DNA of 64,000 nucleotides from Antedon mediterranea. Lineage: Eukaryota; Animalia; Echinodermata. The notes beneath the pieces were generated by a model. That model was not told the DNA's origin, did not search any database, and saw only the letters and a program-made list of their open reading frames with translations. Of the stretch, positions 51,003 through 61,479 are shown in pieces. Location of the stretch: positions 24,942,871-25,006,870 of the forward strand of contig NC_092676.1 of the NCBI RefSeq assembly GCF_964355755.1, read 5' to 3'. Each line of letters opens with the position of its first letter. Position 1 is the stretch's first letter. Position numbers and translations under genes: made by a program.

Positions 51003-51151
51003 GCTTAGGTCCCATTTAACGACGTAGGCCGAACGCACATGAGTTGGCCAATCGCAATCGACAACTCGAATGATTCATCGCGTATTATACGTCACAATTC
51101 TTACGGTGCGCTTACGTACCTTCCGTTGCGTCTAAGATTGGAACAACGCTT
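51003..51151. mobile_element. MITE family 1, degraded copy
   Basis: GCTTAGGTCCCATT...GGCCAATCGCAA...TTGGAACAACGCT. Confidence 0.55.
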
Positions 51152-51855
51152 TACCGATAATTATTAGTGTTTGTTATCACTATGTTTTCATTAATTTATA
51201 ACATGATCTCAGAATGGTCACTTATCGAATCTGTACATGTCAATTTTACGGGGTTTTTACGCATCTAGAGACCGTACTAACAAGTGCATTTTAAATAGGG
51301 AGGTAAAGAGTATATTGTGCACAAGTACAATCAGTCGTACGCCTACTTTTTAGGCCATTTGTTTAACATAATATGATCCTTGATGTTACTAATTATGCGA
51401 GAATGATCACTTTTACAACGTACGTTGTGGAATAGATGTGAACTCGGCACCGTGACGAGTTAGATGATCCGCTTATTATTATCCATCAGCTTAAGTGAAA
51501 TGAACACTTCGCGTGTGTGTTTGCCTTATGGCCATTAATCACTAATTCCCAGTATTGAAAACTGACAAAATTAAAAACTATAACATAGTAATGTTTAACA
51601 CCTGTCTCACTCTACGTCATTTATTCACTTTCTAGTGTTGAGAGATTCGTTGTTTATTTCTCAAGTTTAAGATTCGCAATATTATTTCGTATATAAAAAT
51701 CAATATTAATGATTACGAATGGAAATAGAACTCGTGGAGACACAATAGTGACGCGCTTGTACACAAAAAATAATGTGTTTGTACACTATTATCACAATTT
51801 AGAAACAAAATTATTCCTTCCGTTTGTTTACTTGTGGAACTAAATACTACCATTA

Positions 51856-52206
51856 AGGCCCATTCACACTAGGACGATAACGATCGACAATAGACAAATA
51901 TGCATTTTTCATACATAAAACTATGAAATATATAAACGTTTGATTCTAGAACTATAAAGAGCCATCTATGCTTCCTTTGATGAAAATGATACTTTCACAC
52001 ATCTAATCAAATGACCTCATGATTAGCAGGAGCAATAATATCATGAAAATACAACGATTTTATTGTTTTTATTTATCATGACGTCATTTAATTGGAATTT
52101 TTAAAATATTATTTTAATCAAAGGCAGCATAAATGATTATCATATAGTTTCTTTCTAATTTTTTTAAGGAAAAAAAATGCATGCTAATATATTTATCGTA
52201 GGGCCT
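51856..52206. mobile_element. Harbinger-type MITE
   Basis: TTA|AGGCCC..ACGATAA...TTATCGTAGGGCCT|TTA. Confidence 0.6.
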
Positions 52207-52265
52207 TTATTGGCCTATATCAACACCAATTATGCGTATCGTCTGAAAAAGGGTATTTAAAATCT

Positions 52266-52845
52266 AAGTTCTGTCTACACTATCAAATTTTATGTCTCAA
52301 AATAAATGTCATGTGCCCATAAACGGACATGATGACGTCATATCACTGCCATATTTGGGGATATTACTACTAATAGGCCGGCCGTTTATACACCAAAGAA
52401 AGAGATCGATACCTTCTACACCATATCGCAAACATGTTCTACCTAATCCACAGAAAAAAACACAATAAAATCACTTTCCATATTTATTTAGTGCATATAA
52501 ATCACGTCAATGTACCATTAGTTTAATGTTCATGGTATCCTATAATGTTTATTGTATTTTGGGGCTGGTGGCCCGTAGGCCTATATAGGGCTACTGAGTA
52601 AAATCTCTCATGGGAGAGAACTGCGTCTACCATATTGGACACATCACAATTTTTGGTCACATAAGTTCGATAGTGTAGACAGAGCCTAAGAAGAAAAAAA
52701 ATCTTTTGTTGATCTTTACTGCAAAAAAATGTGATGTCTCGTATGGACATTATGACGTCATACCAATACCATATTTGGGGATATTACTACCATATTTGGG
52801 CACACTTTTTTGTCACACAAAGCTTGATAGTGCAGACAGAGCTTA
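52266..52845. mobile_element. Cluster of family-3 MITE pieces (52266-52372, ~52625-52687, ~52725-52843)
   Basis: TCTGTCTACACTATCAAA and GATAGTGTAGACAGAGC ends; CArG and CRE motifs at 52333 and 52753. Confidence 0.8.
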
Positions 52846-54931
52846 AGGAGAAAAAAAAATCTTATGTTGCTCTTTACAAATATTATTCTTAGTGAAATGT
52901 CTGCAAATGATTAGAAAATAAACCTACACTTCAATTTGATTTGAATTTCCCTAATCTATATACACACAGTTTAATTTTAATCTTAATCGATTTTTATTTC
53001 TTATAATAACAATATCGATTGTCTTCAAATTAAATTGCATTAATACCACTGAGCATTTGCGCTGCATCACGTGTTGTTATATATAATATTCTTTTTCCTC
53101 GAAGGGTTGTACTGTTCATAATTAGAGATATACTTTACGCGGTCAACTAATTCCTTTACAATAATAACGTATTAAGGTGTCACCTTTCACTGAATTTGAT
53201 GTTAAAGAACGTGCTATTAAATATAATTAAACAATTAAGCAGAAATCAATTTTCAAAACACCATAAAACAGTTGCCTTGCGGGGGCACACCAATCAGAAC
53301 TGGCGATAATAATAATTTCATCAGAGCCTGTACAATGCATGTACAATGTCAAAGAGGAACTCCTTCTTCCATAATGGTACCGTATCTTTCATCATCTAGT
53401 CAAAACTAGAAGAGGTGGGTGGATTTTACAAAACAGAATGAGGAATGAGGCAAATTAGAAAAGTAAGAAAAGATAACAGGCACCAAATAAGTGAAAAACG
53501 GCAACATTCAAAACTACAATTGCGTTTATATGAAACGCATTGAAATAAAAATAAAACGGATTTGATGGCTATACTAGCTTTTTTGACGGAGCAAATGTAG
53601 TTGCATTTTACTACGGTCTAAAATAATATATTAAGAAAAATGTAAAGTCACATTAAGTAATAAAACTTTTGTCTCTGAGAATCATACAAAACTGTCCAAA
53701 ATAATAGTACCATAGGCAGCACATATGATATATGTGACACTGTGTTATGGTTTTTTACCAAAGTATAACCTAGATATAGTACTGAGAGTCGGTTAATAAT
53801 GTTCACAATATCACCAAAACCCTTCATTGACTGCTTTGTAAGTTCATTTATTTTAATCTAGCTAAAAATAAAACGGGTTCGACGGCTAAGCTTTGTTGAC
53901 GGAGCAAATGTATAGTTGCGTTTTTACTACGGTGTAAAATAATATATTGATCGCAGCTGCTGCAGAATTGTTTTCACCATGGGAAAAAAATAAACATTGT
54001 TTTGCTGGATTTTCAGATAAACTTTGTGTTGACTCTTTGATTATTGCCTATGTGTTCCGTGTAGCAGAACGAATTGACATAATGGTTAAGTTTAACAAGT
54101 TATTATCTATAATAAAATAGAAAAACGAAGGTATTAACCTTAAACCCCGCAGAGAGCTGGTTTATAAATCGTACCAGTTGTTATACAGTGTATCACGCAT
54201 GCGCATTTCAGTTGGTGTGCAGGTGACGCTAACGCAATGCATGTTGGGAAAGGGTTAAAGGTAACTGATTCTAGCTGTATACGTGCAACTTGATTGACGT
54301 ACGCAGAAGATAATTGATGTAAATGAATTTCAAAGTACTGTATAATATATTGAAGAAGGTTAACAAAGATACATTCGAATGTCAAATAACCTGCATCCAT
54401 TGTCAATTTGCATAATGACGCTATCAGGTGTAATTATTGCTTAGCCTATTGACTTTCGCAAACAATTGAATTGACTTTAATTCGAAAGGTCATTTAAACA
54501 CTTTAAAAAAACACGTATATAAAACTAAAAATACCAGGAGTCCTCTTTAAAATTAAACAATAGCGGAAATAGCACAATTATTTTGAAAATGATCAAATAT
54601 TTAATTGCTTGCTTTTTGAATAAAGCATTTTCTTGCCGGAAAGTAAGCGACGGAGAAGGGAAATTGACAATCGACCGTAGGCATCCTTAGCAATGGTAAT
54701 TTACGAATACGACTTGACACTGCGAAACCGACAGCAGTAATTTTTATAAAAGCTAAATATTGTAATTAATCATCTTACTGTTGACAGCAGTTATTATTGA
54801 TATTATACCTTTTGCAGATTTGTTTTACATTCCTAAGTGGCTATATAAGTCGTGAATAGTAAAATTAAAAATATTAGTAATGTTGAATATTGTTTGGTCA
54901 GCCGTTCTGGTCTTCACAGGAACACGATATT

Positions 54932-55122
54932 CAGTGGCGTAATGACTATGGGCGCTCACTGGCTAAACCCACGGGCCTCTAAGCTTATGTGGGACCATGA
55001 GCAGTTCCCAGAGGACATCAAAATAATGTAGAAAATGTCTAAAAACGCCCGAGGTCTCCAGCGTTGGAGGGCAACTTATGGTTCCTAAATCAGGGGCCTC
55101 ATGCCTCTGCGTTTCGCCAATG
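54932..55122. mobile_element. hAT-type MITE, 191 bp
   Basis: CAGTGGCGTAA...TTTCGCCAATG with 8-bp TSD ACGATATT/ACGCTATT (7/8 match). Confidence 0.65.
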
Positions 55123-55368
55123 ACGCTATTATACTGTATACTGCCAGATTATATACGTCATCTTAGTACCTCGTGGACCGCACACCACACTACCTCTACA
55201 CAGGTTTAATGGTTTCTAGGCCAAGCGACGATCGACGACACATCGATTGACCTGAACTATGCTGGTCGTCAGTCGTCGAAATCTCGTATCTTGAATTCCC
55301 GACAGGGATTTTTGGTAGAATAGTATAGGTCAGACGATGACCAACGAAACCGTGAGTATAGGCCCTAG

Positions 55369-56211
55369 GGCACTAGTTCCGTTTCGTTTCAAAATTGGTT
55401 AAGTAACTTTATCGTGAGTACCACACCTTAGAATTAGGCCTCAAAAATACTTTTACGAAAGAGATCACACAAAAAGTAAAAAATAAATCTTTTAAATTGA
55501 TGAATTTACAGACGTGTTTCTCGCACATCGGTTCGTGAATTTCGCATGTACTCCATGTTCAATGTTGTTGTTTCTATGGAGCACCAAAAGAGCAATCATA
55601 ATAGAGGGCTAAAAACTCAGTAAATTGCGTATATTTAATGCATTTATTGGTGAAAATTACGTTCAATTTTATCATATTTTGTCAATGTCAATGCAACAAA
55701 AATATTACTGTTGATACTGTACATGGTTTTTGCAGGAACTTTTAGGAATGAAAATCGACAAATTCATCATCATATTACATGTACTAGCCTAGTCTTTACT
55801 CGTGGGCCTAGGGTTGGTTGCTATTTGAAAACAGCAAATTATTAGTAGTAAAATGTTACAGCATTTTTATTGACAAAATATATTAAAATTAAACGTGTAT
55901 TTCAATAATAAATGCATTAAAAGAAGACGCATTCCACTGAGGTTTTAACCATCTATTGTTGTTGCTCTTTTGGCGCTCCATAGAAACGAAAATATTGAAC
56001 TTCGCGTATGCTAAATTCGCGAACGGTATGCGAGAAACATGTCTGTAAAATCATCAATTTGAGGGTTTATTTGTTACTTTTTATGTGATTCTTCTTTATA
56101 AAAGTACTTATGAGGCCCAATTTTAAGGTGTGGTATTCACAATAAGTTGCTTAACAATTTGGAGTCAAAAGGAAGTCGAAATAAAAACAGGTGCGAAACG
56201 GAACTAGCGCC
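55369..56211. mobile_element. Non-autonomous foldback DNA transposon, Merlin-like, 843 bp
   Basis: Perfect 8-bp TSD GGCCCTAG; termini GGCACTAGTTCCGTTTCG / CGAAACGGAACTAGCGCC; imperfect inverted arms of ~330 bp. Confidence 0.85.
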
Positions 56212-56936
56212 GGCCCTAGAATGTATGGGTATGGTCGTCGCAACCCGAAAGACCCTACGGGCAATTGACGTCCAAACAGCCTCCACAGCTCCGTATAACA
56301 TTGTCTCCCTTTTTTATAAATCAGAGTAGGCCTGCAATTGCGTTTACACTTTCCAAAGTATCCATTTCACTCCTTCGTCTTGCCATATCAAATCTTCATT
56401 TGATTGTCTTGATCGCATTTGAATCACTGCTCCACCTCATGCAGGACAATCTCAAATTCAACCAAATCAATATTTATCATAAATATCTTCCATACATAAT
56501 AATAAATACATACAAAAGATCAAAACACATTCTCTTCACTGAAGACAAATACAAGTTTAAAGCAGACAGCAAAACGTATGAAGGAACTCAAAGGATTTGA
56601 GGATGTTCATTCAAACTCATAATAGAAAGTGTATTAAAAATGTATTTGTTATGCAATTAAAATTAGAGAAAAACACATTAAGTAATTGTAAACACATTTT
56701 AAAAGAAAGCACAGTGAACTGTTAACATTATTCAATAAATAATGTTGATAAATTGAGTATGTATTAAATGTTATTATTATCTGACGTCACTGTTGGTTCC
56801 GAGTGTGATATATCAATCGTAACATTACGGTACGATTACTGAATCTAAAACTACGGGGCGCTGTCCAACACATTATATACTCTGTTCTATACTAACAATA
56901 ATTTTTTATAAAATAAGTCAAAGATCTGCCGTTTTA

Positions 56937-57117
56937 AGGCCAATTTACACAGACGAGCGGTAACGGTAAGCGGAAAACTGCATAGCTAGTCCCACTAGAA
57001 TCTGTATCTATTCTTAGCGAAAATCGGTCATCCGCTCCGCATTTGTTTAAATGGTCATAAGGAATAACATAGATTCTATATTTTATTATCGTTACCGCTT
57101 GTCTGTGTAAATTGGCA
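56937..57117. mobile_element. MITE family 2, uninterrupted copy
   Basis: AGGCCAATTTACACAGAC...GTCTGTGTAAATTGGC. Confidence 0.85.
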
Positions 57118-57602
57118 ATTATATAGAAAAACAAACTATGAAGTAAGGCAAACTATAATTATTATAAAAAGAAAGCCCTGGTTTGCAAACGACAAAACTT
57201 TAATCTATGCTTTTTACATTGTACTGTAGAATAGAATAATGTGTCGGACGGCGCCCCGTAGAAGACTTACAGTATTATTTCCACGTTCTTTTCTGAGGAT
57301 ATAAGTGAGTGTAGGAGGCCAAGGATGGTTGGACTACAGCTGCCAATGGTTGTATTTGTATAAAGAAAGGTGCGAATGCGACGAAGACTAACGGTGCTGC
57401 ACATTAATCATTAAGTAAACAAATGCAATGTCATCTTCAATCTTTTTGAATTTTTATGTAAAAATTGTGTAAAAGAGAAGAAATATGGCAATATAACTGA
57501 GGAAATATAACAGATTGTCGACACATTCTTCTGGTTCCTGCAGATGAGAAAACTCGTTAAACCAGACAAAATTGAGACTCCAGAAACCAAGATAGGACTT
57601 AA

Positions 57603-57739
57603 AGCTCTGTCACACAATCAAACTTTATGTAACAAAAAAAACAAGTAATGTGCCCTCATATATGGTGTCATCATATCACTACCATATTTGGGCATATTAC
57701 TACCAAATTTGGGCACATTACACCTTTTTTGTCAAACTA
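57603..57739. mobile_element. MITE family 3, right-truncated
   Basis: TAA|AGCTCTGTCACACAATCAAACT...CCATATTTGG...CCAAATTTGG. Confidence 0.75.
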
Positions 57740-58169
57740 CTTACTACTACTTAGCTCACAATTGTTTTGCAGACCTATTGCACTAGTGCACATGAGAAAT
57801 ATCTTTTTAAATCCTTCAAAAACATGTCTGTTAACCAATAATATAATTTAAAAGCAAACTCCTGATAAACGATGATGACGTCATATATGATATGATTTAT
57901 TCATAAACAATACAACATACGGTATATTATTGCATACATATATGAATAGTGTATTAGAAAATAGTAATATAGTACCATAAATCAACTAACATCCATTTAT
58001 CATAATATTTTGTCTTGAGGGAAATGTGGAAGTCAATATCAATGTAGAGATCAATATTCGGGATTTAGGGTTGTATTGACTACGTTGTGGTACAAACTCA
58101 TTTATCTACAGAGCGCGCAGCGGCGTTTATACATCAAATACTTACATTAACGCGAATAATGTACATACG

Positions 58170-58370
58170 ACCAAGGCTCCAGAGATAAAAGGGTTTATCT
58201 GTCGTGACTGCGACACAATCAGTTCCACGCCCATAAACAGACACCGCGCGCCGCAGAAAATATATTTTGTACTATACAGTAGGCCCACGCAGCCAGACAT
58301 AAGATAAAAGGACTGTTACGAGTTGCTATATTGGCAAGGCAAGCTCAGTGTCCTGTTGAAGAACTGTCTT
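58170..58370 (+). repeat. Dispersed repeat family 4, copy 3
   Basis: Homologous to 19810-20090 and 5230-5430. Confidence 0.65.
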
Positions 58371-58894
58371 GATCTAACTATGTCACTAAAAATTACAAAT
58401 ATGTTCTAGGAAAACGGCGGCCGTTCACGTGATAGGATTTCACGGCACAACGTTAACAAATCAAAGATTTAACATCACCATTAACGCGATTAACAATTAA
58501 TGTTCTAGATAACCGGCGGCCGTTCAGATTAGGATTTCATTGCAATGGTCCGTGCAATCAATTACTATACGCTCTACTAACTATACTTCAATAACAATTA
58601 ATATCATAAAAAAAATAATTTACCTGGTAATTTAAAATTATTGATCTGAATTGCTTCGTGTTATCAATATCAACTCGACAACAGCAAATATATTGGCTGT
58701 CATATTTTAAATAATTTATTACTTACAGTTCACATATAACAATTTTCAATTACACAAGTGGTTTTAATGAAAATCATAATAATAATATACAATAATAATT
58801 TTATACTAGTTACTATTAAAGTCAAATTCATAGACATCATAGTGACTATAGAAAATGGTCAAACTATTTTGATCTCCAGCCATTTTAGGCTTCC

Positions 58895-59445
58895 TGCTTT
58901 GGGTGACATTTTTCATCTTTCTTGTGCTTGGAGACATTTTTCGTCTTTCGTGTGCTGGGTGACCTATTTTGTCTTTTGTGTGAAATTGTTCGTCTTTCGT
59001 GTGCTGGGTGACATTGTTTCGTCTTCCGTGTGTTGGGTGACATTTTTCGTCTTTCGTGTGCTGGGTGACTTTTTTTCTTTTGTGTGACATTTTTCGTCTT
59101 TCGTGTGCTGGGTGACACTTTTTGTCTTACGTTTACAGTGTGACACTTTCGTCTTTCGTGTTCTGGTGACTCTTTTTCTTTTGTGTGACATTTTTCGTCT
59201 TTCGTGTGCTGGGTGACATTGTTTCTTCTTCCGTGTGTTGGGTGACATTTTTCGTCTTTCGTGTGCTGGGTGACATTTTTCGTCTTTTGTGTGCTGGGTG
59301 ACACTTTTTGTCTTTCGTGTACTGGGTGACACTTTTTGTCTTTCGTGTGCTGGGTGACATTATTCGCCTTTTGTGTGCTGGGTGACATTATTCGTCTTCG
59401 TGTGCTGGGTGACATTATTCGTCTTTTGTGTGCTGGGTGAAGTTT
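58895..59445 (+). repeat. ~29-bp minisatellite (TTTTCGTCTTTCGTGTGCTGGGTGACATT) x ~20
   Basis: Tandem array with higher-order repetition. Confidence 0.92.
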
Positions 59446-60024
59446 TACGCCGTTTGCGCGCCGTGTGACGTTTTTTGTAGACATGGAATTGAATAGTGCA
59501 ATGCTTTTTTGTTTTTTTGTAAAGTTAATGAAAAACAATGTTTTTTAACATATTTATCGTCTCTATCTTGAAATCGGAATGATTTTTAAACGATTTCAGC
59601 AGTTCTAGAACTCTATAAAACACTTATTGACACCAAGCTACTTTTATTCCAATTAAGAATAAATAAATCAATTGATTTATTTAAACTGGGGTATCTTTCA
59701 TTAAATAAATGACAATTTATCAAAATTATATTTGACAAATGAGAAATGAATATCAAATTTCTAATTACTGTAAATGTAAAAGATCGTTGTGTGTTTTACT
59801 GCGAATTTATAAAAAGCGACGACGCGGTTGAACATTGGTCAGTAAACGGGTTTGCTGAAATGTCACGAACAAATTATTCGACAATGTGTATATATATAAT
59901 TGTTTTATTTCGGGAGGTGAACAGTTAAATATTCTTTACTATAATAGTGTCACGGAGATGTTGTCTCTCACACAAAAATTAGTAATTGTATTTATGGCTT
60001 TATAATGCAAAATGGTAAACAATA

Positions 60025-60470
60025 TTCGTTTTGCACAAAAACGGAACACATTTCGCAGAATAAGGTAAACGTTTTCACAGATCATATGCACAGAAAGTAC
60101 TGCGCATACGTATCGCCGAAGGTGTTACACCTCCTACGCTGAACACCAAAAACTTCGCCAAATACGGGTGACGATTCACGAGATACGGTAAAGGTTTTGC
60201 ACAATACGGAACACGTCCGCAAATACGGTACATGCTACAACAAATACGGTACGCGTTACGTCGAATATACACGTCCGCAAATACGGTATGTTACAATAAA
60301 TACGGTATACGTTACGTCGACTACGGTACACGTTTCGCAGAATACGGCATTCGATTCGCACAATACGATATAATATATCTACTTTTCGAAAAACACGACG
60401 AACGCCGAATATGCGTGACGTCACGTTTCGCCGAATACAGAGGTTTCGCAAAATACGGTATACATTTCAA
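60025..60470 (+). repeat. Degenerate ~21-bp tandem repeat (TTTCGCAAAATACGGTACACG)
   Basis: About 18 diverged copies. Confidence 0.75.
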
Positions 60471-60852
60471 CACATAAACGTCGTAAAACGAGTCAACAGT
60501 GTAGCTATTAAGATTTCAACTCAAAGTGCCCTTTCCATCAACCTGAATATTTCAATCGGGAATTTTACTCGAGATCAGATCTGTTATGTTTATTTAAATA
60601 ACGGCTACCAATAATAATTCTTCAAAAGCCTAGTAAAGAGAAAATGGATTTAAAAGTAGTATTTGTAGTTTGTATCACTGCCATATTATAATCGTGTTTG
60701 ACAAGCGATAACCATTACGCAAGTTTGGAAAATGTCATTCAACCTTTGTCTTCTTCAAGTTGATTTCGGTGCGAGTTTCAACGCGGTGAGAGTTTCAAAG
60801 CGACCGACAATAAAGGACACTATCGTACGACGAGGCTATTAGTGCTGTCTAA

Positions 60853-61007
60853 AGCCCTGCCTACACTATCAAACTTTATGTGACAACAAGTTGATGTTCA
60901 CATGTATGGACATGATGATGCCATATCACTACCATTTTGGGCGTATCACTGCAATATTTGGGCACATCCTATTTTTGTAAAACTAGTTTGATAATGTAGA
61001 CAGAGCT
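60853..61007. mobile_element. MITE family 3 copy
   Basis: TAA|AGCCCTGCCTACACTATCAAACT...GATAATGTAGACAGAGCT|TTA. Confidence 0.82.
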
Positions 61008-61479
61008 TTAGTTGAATCCCGACGAGACGAAACGGGGGCGTATTTTTTAGGACTTTAAACCTGTTCAATTTTCTCGAGACGAGACGACTCAATATGACTT
61101 ACAATAGATTTCCGTTGCTTTAATATTAATTTTAGTAGCGACAGCGATTATACAGAATGCTAACGACCTATACATTATAGTATAATTGTCCAAATAAAAA
61201 TTCAAATTATATAAACAATACAATTATTTTGTGTAACTTTCTTTACTACATACTGTATTATGATAAATAAATATGTTATTGTTAAGAAAAGCTTGCCTAC
61301 AGGAATCAACATTAATAAATATTCAAATATTCCTAACGGTGAAATTACGTTATGATCACTTCAATAAAAAGTAAATAGAGAGAGCCGATGGCAGTCGTCA
61401 AGCAATACAAAGTATAATAGACCTAATCAATTAGAACGTTTATCTGTTTAAAATAAATAATGACAGTATGGATAGAAAT

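Noticed and set aside
58758-59538. Basic repetitive ORFs (up to 217 aa)
   Set aside because: Translations of the 29-bp minisatellite in several frames.
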